A DNA stretch of 10,939 bases from Candidatus Heimdallarchaeota archaeon (GTDB lineage Archaea > Asgardarchaeota > Heimdallarchaeia > Heimdallarchaeales > Kariarchaeaceae): positions 1-10,939 of the forward strand of contig WAKA01000218.1 of the NCBI GenBank assembly GCA_015523565.1, read 5' to 3'. The notes below the pieces were generated by a model, which was not told where the DNA came from, searched no databases, and worked only from the letters and a program-made list of their open reading frames with translations. The position numbers were made by a program, and so were the translations under genes. Shown here one piece after another: positions 1-9,500 of this stretch (its first letter is position 1; each line of letters opens with the position of its first letter).

Positions 1-20
1 AAAATAGACCATTTAAGCGT

Positions 21-548
21 TTGGTTCCTATAAAGACATACAACCTTTTGATTCGTGAAGCCCAACCCAATGATGCTGAAAAGATGGTTGAATATGTGGA
101 TGCGGTCGCCTCTGAATCAGACTATCTTGCCTATGGTCCAGGAGACCTTGATCTTACTGTTGAAAGGGAGCGGGAAATAGTTGAAAACTATGCCAAAAGT
201 GAAAATATGATATTTCTTGTTGGCTATATTGGTGATGAACTTGTTTCTATAGCAAATTTCGCCAGCAGTAAAAGGTCTCGATTGCGGCATCGTGGCGAGC
301 TTGGAATGTCTGTACGGAAGAAGTACTGGAGGCATGGTATTGGACAGGCAATGTTGCAAGCCTTGATTGATTGGGCAAAAGGGACGGGAATCATCCGGAA
401 AATAGATCTGGAGGTCATTTCCAGCAATGTTCCTGCAATACGGCTTTATGAGAAACTAGGGTTTGTGAAGGAAGGAACAATTCGCCGGGCTCTTTTCATC
501 AATGGTCAATTTGTGGATACACACATCATGGGACTCCTTATTGACTGA
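21..548 (+). CDS. GNAT family N-acetyltransferase (RimJ/RimL-like)
   Basis: Acetyl-CoA motif A (GMSVRKKYWRHGIGQAML), motif B (NVPAIRLYEKLGFVKEG), N-terminal LLIREA..DA and C-terminal INGQFVDTHIMG. The frame stays open upstream of the TTG at 21 to the window edge, so the start is uncertain. Confidence 0.93.
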   Translation: MVPIKTYNLLIREAQPNDAEKMVEYVDAVASESDYLAYGPGDLDLTVEREREIVENYAKSENMIFLVGYIGDELVSIANFASSKRSRLRHRGELGMSVRKKYWRHGIGQAMLQALIDWAKGTGIIRKIDLEVISSNVPAIRLYEKLGFVKEGTIRRALFINGQFVDTHIMGLLID

Positions 549-708
549 GAATATAAGCTGGAGACAAAACAGGAGAATCATGTTGAAACAGATATGGGAG
601 AATGTTGTGTTTATCGTGAATGGGGTTAATGGAAGTGCTCTAAAGCTTCCACGAATCACATCAGATCATCCAGCAAATTGTCCTCCCAATCCCACCAATC
701 ATTGCCTT

Positions 709-1551
709 CTAAGCCCCGTCAAATTTCTCTGCAACTTGCAGGATACCCTCACGATATGTTGGATATGTTGGGTGCCATCCCATGATTTTCTTGAACCGAT
801 CATTGGAAACCTGAAGGGATGAGGTGAGGAAATTAAGTGCATATTTCCCAAAGATCAACCGGATCATTATCCCTGGAACTTTCCGAATGGCTCTTTTTCC
901 AAATTGACTACGTGCATGTTCTACAAATGTTCTGCTATTCACAGGCAAATCATCGACGACATTGAAGATTTGATTTTCCGCCGGACTGGGATTAGAAATC
1001 ACAGCATGAATTGAAGAGACTGCATCATCCACATGAATAAGACTCCAATAGGGGTTCTCTCCCCAGACATGAGCAAAGTTTCCATCCCTTATGTCCTGCA
1101 TGTTGGTTGAATCATGGCTGTAAAACCATCCAAACCTTAAAACTGTAAAACTGAGATTTAAGTCTCTTGCCCTATTTGCAATCAATTCTTCCATGTGAAC
1201 AGGATTATCCAGTATCTCCTGCCATTCTGCTGAAAGCTTGACTTTTGATGGAACTGGCACTGTCGGCACATCCGTGTCATCAACAGGATCATTTCGGTGT
1301 CCATACGCAAAAGTTACGCTTTGCTGAATGTAGTGTTTTATATTGTTTTTACTTGATGCCCACATCAGATTTTCAGCCCCCTCCATTCTTAAACGGGAAT
1401 TCATCACCCAATCCTTGGGACTCGTCCTTGCCTTCTGTGGAATTGCCGTGGCAAGGTGGAGCACCATGTCAGACCCCTCAGTTGCCTTGACAAGGGATTC
1501 CCTATCGAAGAGATCCGCATCAACGGCATTTGCGCCCATCTGTTCGATCAA
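709..1551 (-). pseudogene. NAD-dependent epimerase/dehydratase (atypical/extended SDR), apparently 5'-truncated
   Basis: SDR hallmarks: ADLFDRESL..A..GSDMVLHLA, VLRFGWFY, SLIHVDDAV, IFNVVDD, VSNDRFKK.MGWHPTYPTYREG. The N-terminal GxxGxxG strand is absent. An in-frame TAA (1558-1560) lies two codons upstream of the TTG, and I found no Gly-rich motif in the minus-strand frames up to 1773. Confidence 0.75.
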
Positions 1552-1773
1552 TGCCTGTTAAAGAAAGGATTGAGACAAGCGGTATCCACTTTGTCATAAG
1601 ACAGGGGATCTCTACCTGTAAACGAATGCATCCATTGCATACGAAATATCCATTGAGGGGAGACATTTAAAAGCAATGTCAATACATGCCTTGGTCTGTT
1701 TCTCATCTGAAATTGACGGATTCTATGGGATGTACACAAAAACCAATTAAACAGGAATTATAAAGCAAGATAG

Positions 1774-2721
1774 ATGTTTATCGATACCCATATTGCTACC
1801 CTTTGGGCAATGCGAGAACAAGAGCGGACATTCACCAGCCGTTCAGAAAAAGGGCATGTGGATCTCCCAAGAGCACAGGAAGCAGATCTTCTCTGCGGTT
1901 TCTTCACAGGCTTTCCCACCGAAAGCCATTTCATAACGGAGAAAATGCTGGCGGAATGGCTGCGCTGGACAAGGGATCCTGAGAATAAACTGGTCAGGAT
2001 ACGAAATTTCAAAGACCTTGAGAGGCTTGAGGAAAGAAGAAAATCCCAAAGACAGTCTGAAAAGGAGATTGGGGCTGTTCTCTGCCTTGAAGGGGCGGCA
2101 GGCATTGATTCTGAATTGAACCTTCTAGAAATTTACTATGAGATAGGACTACGATCCATGGGACTCACTTGGAATGAGGAGAACCAGTTCGCCACAGGAC
2201 AGGCACAGGGAAACGGGAGGGGGCTCACCGCCGAAGGCAGGAATCTTGTCGCAAGAATGGAGGAACTGGGCATCATTGTGGATGTCTCCCACCTGAATGA
2301 TACCAGTTTCTGGAATCTCATGGATATCGTCACAAAACCAGTCATTGCCTCACATTCCAATGTCAGGGAACTCGCCAACCATCCCAGAAACCTCACCAAG
2401 GAAATGGTGGAAGCCATCCACTCAACAGGAGGAACCATTGGTATCAATTTTTACAAGGGATTCCTTGAAACCGATCCCGAAAAGGCGGACATCAACTCCA
2501 TCATCCGAATGTTTGAAGCAGTCATAAATATCGCGGACACAAAGACAGCCCATATTGGTGCCGATCTTGACGGGTGCACACTCCCCCCCGACCTCAAGGA
2601 CATAACCGATGTGCCGAAAGTGCTTGACAAAGTGAAGGAAGAGCTAAGCCTCACCAACCAAGACATGGAACGCATCAGGACAGGCAATGTAAAACGGGTC
2701 ATGAGGCAAGTCTGGGAATAG
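1774..2721 (+). CDS. Membrane dipeptidase family (peptidase M19, amidohydrolase fold)
   Basis: Motifs IDTH, HVDLPR, LEGA, GLRSMGLTWN, GLTAEGR, GIIVDVSHLND, PVIASHSN, HPRNL, GGTIGINFY and IGADLDG appear in the expected order. Confidence 0.92.
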   Translation: MFIDTHIATLWAMREQERTFTSRSEKGHVDLPRAQEADLLCGFFTGFPTESHFITEKMLAEWLRWTRDPENKLVRIRNFKDLERLEERRKSQRQSEKEIGAVLCLEGAAGIDSELNLLEIYYEIGLRSMGLTWNEENQFATGQAQGNGRGLTAEGRNLVARMEELGIIVDVSHLNDTSFWNLMDIVTKPVIASHSNVRELANHPRNLTKEMVEAIHSTGGTIGINFYKGFLETDPEKADINSIIRMFEAVINIADTKTAHIGADLDGCTLPPDLKDITDVPKVLDKVKEELSLTNQDMERIRTGNVKRVMRQVWE

Positions 2722-2760
2722 ATAAGAAAAATAACCAGAAGAACCAAGAGAGACAAACTA

Positions 2761-3930
2761 TTACAATTGCTTTTCAAGGTCTTGAGTATGGTCTTGAAGC
2801 TTTATTGCCTCTTTGTTAAGCTCTTGCAGGGATTCAGCTATTTCTTTTGCGCTTGCGGAATTCTCCTCGGTGGATGCGGCAGTTTCCTCCGCAATTGCAG
2901 AAATATTCTGGATTTCGTTCACCAATCGATCAATGAAATCAAGCATCATTTGGGAGATGGTTCCAAGGCTTTCTTTTATGTCAACAGACATATCCTGCGC
3001 TTGGACAGAAAGCTTCCTTATGTTTTCCGCCACCACTGCAAATCCCCTACCGTAATCACCAGCGCGGGAAGCCTCAATCCCTGCATTCAAGGCAAGAATG
3101 TTTGTCTGTATAGACACCTCATCGATCCGTCTCATTGAGTTGTTGATTTGCTCAATCAATTTTGTAAACTCTCCTTCTCTTGACTTAAGGAGTTCAAAAA
3201 CCTCATTGACAGTTTGGGCTTGATTGGATGCGCCTTCCGCGATATTTTGGCTGCTTGCAGATATCTCTTCCGCAGAGGCGGTCACTTCCTCGATATTTGT
3301 GACAAGAGTGGAAACAGTATCCGAAATCAGTTCCTGTGAATGCTTAATGGTTGATTGGTAAGTCAGGGCTGATTCCAGCGTTTGATTGAGGGTATCAACA
3401 ATTTTCCTGAAGAATTTGTCATTCAGGAGAATTGGGTCGTTTATCCGCCATTCATAATCACGTTTCTTGAAATGTTCATCAAATACCACAATGTTCTTTT
3501 CCAATGGTTCAACCAATTTAAGGGTGGCAAGAAAGTTACCCATCCAAACGGGAACACCAATAACAACAGTAATCGCCAAAATCTGATAAAATTGAGAAGT
3601 AAGGGGTTCACCAGTGTCCAAACCTGCGGCACCCAAAATCATCCCGATTGTCAACCCCAGAAGCATGACAATGCTGAAGTACACAACCGTCTTGAACCTG
3701 TAGTCATCTGTTGAAATAAACGAAGTAAGTTTCGACAAAATGAGGATGATCACAACAACAAATGAGTTGACAGAAACCATTATCATGAAAAAACGTAACC
3801 AAGCGGATAGAGGAATGTCAAAGGCTTGGTCATACAGTGATGCATAAACCGCAATTCCGACCCAGAACAGCAAGAGTGAGAATGCCAAGACATGATAAAA
3901 ACGGACGCGTTTCAAAAAAGTACTATTCAT
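2761..3930 (-). CDS. Methyl-accepting chemotaxis-like protein (4 TM helices, degenerate HAMP, short signalling domain)
   Basis: Hairpin tip [34 protein letters not shown], methylation-like heptads ([22 protein letters not shown]) and four N-terminal hydrophobic segments. The ORF track start is 3939; ATG 3930 is preferred from TATA spacing. Confidence 0.92.
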   Translation of the reverse strand: MNSTFLKRVRFYHVLAFSLLLFWVGIAVYASLYDQAFDIPLSAWLRFFMIMVSVNSFVVVIILILSKLTSFISTDDYRFKTVVYFSIVMLLGLTIGMILGAAGLDTGEPLTSQFYQILAITVVIGVPVWMGNFLATLKLVEPLEKNIVVFDEHFKKRDYEWRINDPILLNDKFFRKIVDTLNQTLESALTYQSTIKHSQELISDTVSTLVTNIEEVTASAEEISASSQNIAEGASNQAQTVNEVFELLKSREGEFTKLIEQINNSMRRIDEVSIQTNILALNAGIEASRAGDYGRGFAVVAENIRKLSVQAQDMSVDIKESLGTISQMMLDFIDRLVNEIQNISAIAEETAASTEENSASAKEIAESLQELNKEAIKLQDHTQDLEKQL

Positions 3931-3954
3931 TGACAACATACATCACTTTCAACA

Positions 3955-3967
3955 ATTTAAGTTTTTT
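3955..3967 (-). promoter_or_regulatory. Putative archaeal BRE/TATA for the MCP-like gene
   Basis: The minus strand reads AAAAAAC-TTAAAT, with the TATA-like hexamer ending about 25 nt before ATG 3930. Confidence 0.4.
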
Positions 3968-4330
3968 GACGCCAATTTCTTCAATGAATGAAAGTCTCAG
4001 AGAGAACAATACGTCAAAATTTACAAAACCAATATGTGAAGAAGGGAAGTGGTTTGCAGTTATTTTACCCTTTTTTCACGAACAATCAAAACCCATGAAT
4101 TCGAAGTGAAGTGTTAGTTTGGAGCAATGGTGTTTTTCACATCAACCATTTGAAAACAAGCAAATAAACCAGTTATTGCAGGCATTAATTACCCTCACAT
4201 CAAGTTCTACATTTACATGCACCCATTTTTTAAGAACATCAGTTTATCGAGCAAAACTACCCCCTTGTGGTTTAAGTCAATTCATGAGGTCTTGGCAACA
4301 ACTTGAAATATAAAGAACAATGATATATAC

Positions 4331-4536
4331 ATGTGGAAAACAACAAAGTGACCAGCAACGGTGTCCCTCACAAGCTCTACAAACATCACAACATCCACCC
4401 CAGCCAAATGCGAAAAGACAGCGACCTTACGATCACAAGAGTTGTTGAAAATCCAGTTAAGGCTTTTCGAGGACTGGGGAAGGGGATAGTGCCATCTAAC
4501 CTACAGGACAGGTTAAGAGAAGAGTGGGAAGGATGA
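4331..4536 (+). pseudogene. Degenerate AbrB/MazE/SpoVT-type (VapB-like) antitoxin
   Basis: ATG 4331 gives MWKTTK-stop. A frame change continues VTSNG-VPHKLYKHHNIHPSQ..KDSDLTITRVVENPVKAFRGLGKG...LREEWE. This resembles the AbrB pattern (TKVTSKGQ.TIP..IR..L.I.PG) and a VapB-like RGLGKG..REEW tail. The stop overlaps an ATG (ATGA, 4533-4536). Confidence 0.6.
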
Positions 4537-4627
4537 AAAACATTGGCACTAAGATAACAACTCAACTTTCCAGCCCTGTGTGCCATTCCAATCAGTCAAA
4601 ATAACGATTTATTGAATGGCAGGTCTT

Positions 4628-4640
4628 AAAGTATTTAAAC
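4628..4640 (+). promoter_or_regulatory. Putative archaeal BRE/TATA for the ATPase-TOPRIM operon
   Basis: AAAGTA-TTTAAAC, with TTTAAA at 4634-4639, which is -27 to -22 from ATG 4661. Confidence 0.45.
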
Positions 4641-4660
4641 ATCTGAGCAAACCAATACCC

Positions 4661-5824
4661 ATGAGCATTGCCACTCCTCGTCCATTTGTGCTGAAGTCAA
4701 TCAGAGTATCAAATTACAAAAGCATTGATGAACTTCATTTGGACTTGGAGAAGGTGAATGTTCTCATTGGTCGAAATGCAAGTGGGAAATCAAATATTGT
4801 GGATGTTTTGAAGTTCTTGAAAGATACCATCCAAGAGGGGATACAACCAACAGTGATGCGACATGGTGGAACTTTGGGAATACAAAACATTCTTTCCACC
4901 AAAAAGAAAACCACAATCCACCTTTCTGGAACTTTTGCACCAGGATTTCCAATCGATGCAACTCAAAGTATGGGGTTCCATTATGAACTCAATTTCATGG
5001 CACTTAAAACCAAAAAAACGGTCAGGATAACCAAAGAATTGCTTAAATTCATTGACCACACCACCAAAGAGATCAAAGTTGAATTTATTCGCAACAGTAC
5101 AGGAAAAATCAGGGCAAAACGCAAGAAAATCCCAAGTATGCAACTTCCTCAAAATGTATCATTCCTTCAAGTCCCATTTGACACACCACTCCTGATGTTT
5201 CGGCAAGCCATTGAAGATATCGCAATCTTTAATTTCAACATTCAATGGATGAAAGAGGGCATCCCAATTGAAAGCACGATAGATTTGGAAGAAGACGGAT
5301 CCAACTTGGCAAGTGTTGTCAGTTCAATCATAAAAGATGACAAGAGCAAGAGAAGGTTTTTACATTATGTCAATTATATCTTGGGTTTTGTCACTGATGT
5401 CAGCACACAAAATATCCTTGGATCATCCCACATCCTTGCAGTCAAGGAAAAATACAGCAAGGAATATCTTGTGACCGCACCTGCACTTTCAGAAGGGACG
5501 TTACACATAATTGGAATTATTGTTGCCATCAAATTTCAAAGTGCGTCTCTGGTCATTCTTGAAGAACCTGAACGATACATCCATCCCTCAATTCTCAAGA
5601 AAATCATGGCGATAATCTATGAGGAACAGGACAACAGGCAATTCCTGATCACGACCCATAGTCCAGAACTTATCGAGAACACATTTCCTGATAATGTGAT
5701 ACTGGTCGACAGGGATAAAAAAGGAAGAACAACCATTCACCATCCTGCAAATGATCAAACGGTTATCCAATTCATCGAAGATGGATTCACCCTTGCCGAG
5801 CTCATGGTTGACAATACGCTTTGA
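4661..5824 (+). CDS. ABC-type ATPase, AAA_21/AAA_15 (OLD/AbiEii/PARIS-AriA-like), soluble
   Basis: LKSIRVSNYKSI start, Walker A GRNASGKS, LEEDGSNLA, signature LSEGT, Walker B/D-loop VILEEPERYIHP and H-loop QFLITTHSP. No TM segments. The ORF track start is 4616; 4661 is preferred from TATA spacing. Confidence 0.9.
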   Translation: MSIATPRPFVLKSIRVSNYKSIDELHLDLEKVNVLIGRNASGKSNIVDVLKFLKDTIQEGIQPTVMRHGGTLGIQNILSTKKKTTIHLSGTFAPGFPIDATQSMGFHYELNFMALKTKKTVRITKELLKFIDHTTKEIKVEFIRNSTGKIRAKRKKIPSMQLPQNVSFLQVPFDTPLLMFRQAIEDIAIFNFNIQWMKEGIPIESTIDLEEDGSNLASVVSSIIKDDKSKRRFLHYVNYILGFVTDVSTQNILGSSHILAVKEKYSKEYLVTAPALSEGTLHIIGIIVAIKFQSASLVILEEPERYIHPSILKKIMAIIYEEQDNRQFLITTHSPELIENTFPDNVILVDRDKKGRTTIHHPANDQTVIQFIEDGFTLAELMVDNTL

Positions 5825-6411
5825 AAGGGGGGAATGCAATTCGACCACTTTTACAACTTCTTTTCTATGTTGAAGGCGATATTGATCAACTATTTGTCGA
5901 AAAAATAATTGCCCCCCAGATGAACATTGAACCTAGGGTTATCCCACTTAAAGCTAATTTTAAGTCTGGAAAACTGGCTTCGCGGAAAATCCGAAGTGCC
6001 CTCGAATCAAAAAGAAAAGGTTATGTCGATCTGATTATCCTCATTGATTCAGATGCAGACAATTATGGGAAATGGAATGAAGAAACAAAAAAACAACGTA
6101 TCAACCAATTTTCTAAAGAAATGGGAATTAAGCCAAACCAATTTCAAGATTGTATATCATTCGCCGTAATTGAAATTGAAAGTTGGTACCTTGCAGGATT
6201 GGACATGAATGACAGAAAAAAACTTGGGTTCAAAAAGAGCACACCCATAACAGATCATATCTCCAAGCAACAGTTCCAAAGCATTTGCAACAAAAAAACC
6301 GACATCCCTCTCTACTCTGAAATCATCAAGCATTATAACATTCAAGAGGCAAGAAAAAACAATGCATCCTTCGACCAATTTATGAACCAGATAAAGGATT
6401 ATCTTTCCTGA
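5821..6411 (+). CDS. TOPRIM-motif protein, DUF4276/RloB-like putative nuclease partner of the ATPase
   Basis: FYVEGDID (EGxxD), IILIDSDAD (DxD), EIESWYLAG and C-terminal ARKNNASFDQF. The TTG start overlaps the ATPase stop (TTGA, 5821-5824). Confidence 0.8.
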   Translation: MKGGNAIRPLLQLLFYVEGDIDQLFVEKIIAPQMNIEPRVIPLKANFKSGKLASRKIRSALESKRKGYVDLIILIDSDADNYGKWNEETKKQRINQFSKEMGIKPNQFQDCISFAVIEIESWYLAGLDMNDRKKLGFKKSTPITDHISKQQFQSICNKKTDIPLYSEIIKHYNIQEARKNNASFDQFMNQIKDYLS

Positions 6412-6543
6412 ATGAAATTTTATAAGTCACACACATTCCCATAAGATTTCCCAGTCACCTTGATGCCCAACTTTCTTCTTGGAAGTACACCTATACCGCC
6501 CAACCTCATTATCACACTAAACCCATCCACAATAATATAAACC

Positions 6544-9500
6544 CTAACCACATGCAAGCTTTCTGAAGAAATCGATTGTTTGCCTCAATGTATCTTGGAT
6601 GAAATTGACCAGATCATTAAGATTGACGATGGCAACAGTTTCAGGGTCAACGAAATGGATGGCGATAGGCGAATCATTTCTGACGCCAATGACATTCTTA
6701 ACTCCGATTCTTCCAGAAGGTGCAAACCAGACTCCTGGCGGGGTGAGGAATGTGGCAAGCATTCTTATCTGGAGTCCCCTGAAGGCGGGATCTGCATCCT
6801 TCATGAGCTTGTCCATTAAGTACGGGTTCTGGTATCTTCCCACAAGGTGTTGATCGATTATCCGCACAATGTCCCCATATCCTTTCTGATCGATCATGTG
6901 GTTTTTCCTGAAGATATCAACAAACAGGGCATTTACCTCGCAGGGCATACCTCTCAGGAATTCGATATCTTGGGCACTCAATCCTGTTCGGAAGAATCGT
7001 GCATCACTGAGCCGGAATCCCTTCTGAACCTTTTCGAGGGGCAATCCCGTGAGTATTGCCACCCGCGTCAGGATTTTAGGAACCTGCTTGAATTTAAGGA
7101 TTGGCTCTCTTGCCTGATCAAAACTGTCTGAGAGGATTGCATCGAGATACCATACAATCCTGTTGTTGTCGTTGATTTCAATTGCCCTTCCGTTCCTATG
7201 TATCATGCCAATGGGCGTTCGCCGTTTATTACGTCCACCAGCCTCATACAAGGCAATTGTTTCCCAAGAAATCGCATGAGCTCGTGCGATCCGATCAACC
7301 GTTTCAAGGGATTCCCTGTTGAGATAGTCATTGAGAATTCCAAAAGTGTAACTGAACCTTGTCTTGACAATGCCAAACCTTGCAAACTCGACAAGATACT
7401 GAAAATTCCCATCAGTAACGCCTTTTGAGTTGAATACCTCCCTGAGGAACTTGTTGAATTCAGTTATGGGCCTGGAATTCCCGTCCCTGAACCGGTAATA
7501 GAGGTGGAAATTCTCCCAAATCTTTTTCATGTTATCATACTTCGGCTCAAGAAGTGACTTGTCCAATCTCATAGAGAAGAACTGTGAGCCAATCGCCCTC
7601 ACAGACCCATCCAAAACAGTGATCGGAAACCTGAGGAAATCCGCACCATTGTCAAACCGATAATTCTGATTTCTCCAAACCATGGACATAACAGTCCTGA
7701 AATTATCAAAATCATCAAGAGGGACATTGTTGAGATACCCCCCAGAATCGAGAGAAATTATTCCCAAAGGATCTGCCAAGGATGCAATCACCATCCCATA
7801 GCCATCAGGAAGCACCACTAGGCGTTTTGTACCCTCAAACCCAGCATGGGCAATGGCATCAACCACATCTGCCAGTTGGATATCCAATCCATTCTTAACG
7901 AGAAATTGAACATCTTTTTTGAAATCCATGAATCCCCTTCGCAACACTCTTTTGCCCAAAGTTGAAGGAACCCTTGAATTGTATGGCAAAGGTTCCTTGG
8001 CAGTGATTATGATCTCGTCATAGCGTACGGGACTTATGGTCGGGATTTTGACATATTCATCAATCTGCTTGAGGAAAAATTCGGAACCCCATGCCTCGAT
8101 GACCTTTGACAGCATCATGTGCCTGCCATTGATGAACAAAGACGCGAGTCCAGACAAAGTTGTATTTTTTCCAGAAGGGTTCCCATTATAGGCACATTTT
8201 CTGGAAGAACCTGCATTTTTCAACAGCCTGTCAAGTATGATATGGCAGAAATAATTTTTCAGATGGGGAGGTTGCCTTTCAATCAGGAAATCCACAATTT
8301 CGGTTTTGTCTTTGTGACCCTCGACAATTCTGTCCACGAGAACCTTAAGTTCGGCAATGTCACAGATGTCCTCAACAGTAAGGGGCTTTGATCTTGCACC
8401 TGCCCTTTTATAGTCCGCGACGCTTTCCAAGTAATGCATAAGGGAACCTTTTCTCAATCCGCCAGAATTCCCCACCACAAAAAAGTCAAGGATTTCTGCG
8501 TCCGATAGCTTGAATGGGTTATCATCAGGGTTTACCTTATCAGCAATGTCAAAGCCGAAAACAAGCTGTTCATTATCCATTCTGAAATTCCGCGCATCCG
8601 GATGGAGGACTATTGAGGATCGTTTGGATGAATCAATGATCACAGGAACTGTGGGAGGATTTGAAGGATCAATGGGATAAGTGAGGATATGCCCATCCCT
8701 GCGGTTGCTGAAGCCAATCATTGCAGGATTGAACACAAAATGCTCACCTGTCAAGAAAAATTCCTCGACAACTGATGCATCGTAATATGCCTGCCGTATG
8801 CGCATGTGCGGAAGGAGGATTTCAGATATGATATCATGGATCAATCGTTGCTGTCCCGTATCATCCAAACCACTACCCAGAATTATCTCTTTGAGCCGAT
8901 TGCCCAATCTTGTTTGGATTTCTTCAAAAGGATTGTCGCTTTCCAGGATCCGACGATATCCACCCTCATAGAACGCAGTGTCAGAGAAATCGAGTATCAC
9001 ATTCGGGTCCCAGTTATGCACTTGGAATGAGTTCACAACAGGCAACCCATCAAGAATCCCATATCTCCGCAAGACGGAGTTGATTTGCACAGCCGTGTTG
9101 ACAAGCTCATCGGGATACGATGAAAAATCCCCCTTCCCGTGGTTACCATAGAAAAAAACGGTTTGAAACCTATTTTTGGAGGATGACTTATATTCCACCG
9201 AACACATCCTGAACCTGTTCGGTTCATGTCTGAGGAACGTCCCTATTATTTCCGCATCCCCTGCATCAAAGACATCAGGACTCAGCCCCTGCAGAAATCG
9301 GTCAATGAACTCGTCATCCATGTCCATGATGGCAAGCGAATCACTGCCATGGTTGTTCCACATCCGTGTCGCACTCAGGCGATAGGTTACACTCCCTATA
9401 TAGGCATCAACAATGGCAAAGACATGCTTCTTCTGGAGCCTGTTCGGATCGAGGGGGCTGTTATCGGGCAGTATCCTACGGAACTTGTCCCTCATTCGCT

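Noticed and set aside
502-822. 106-aa + strand ORF with AGGAG before ATG 580
   Set aside because: It overlaps the GNAT end and runs 114 nt antisense into the SDR. No recognisable motifs; probably spurious.
1548-1739. 63-aa minus ORF as the frameshifted SDR N-terminus
   Set aside because: It has no GxxGxxG or Rossmann first-strand pattern.
1554-1755. Invertible switch restoring the SDR N-terminus
   Set aside because: Inverting between the repeats gives MPWSVSHLKLTDSMGCTQKPIKQ fused in frame, still without a nucleotide-binding motif. No invertase is nearby.
3970-4313. Small ORFs (3837..4109, 4119..4313) and short inverted repeats (AATGGT/ACCATT, TTTTCA/TGAAAA)
   Set aside because: The ORFs have no protein motifs, and 6-bp repeats are expected by chance in AT-rich intergenic DNA.
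5826-5836. G-rich SD-like run followed by ATG 5834 as the TOPRIM gene start
   Set aside because: The ATG is out of frame with the TOPRIM motifs. The TTGA overlap explains initiation without assuming a frameshift.
6544-6560. C-terminal LACG as a prenylation or ubiquitin-like tail
   Set aside because: It matches neither CaaX/CC/CxC nor a di-Gly end.
8158-8190. Walker A-like YNGNPSGKNTT in the giant protein
   Set aside because: The spacing is GxxxGKN rather than GxxxxGK[ST], and no convincing Walker B follows.
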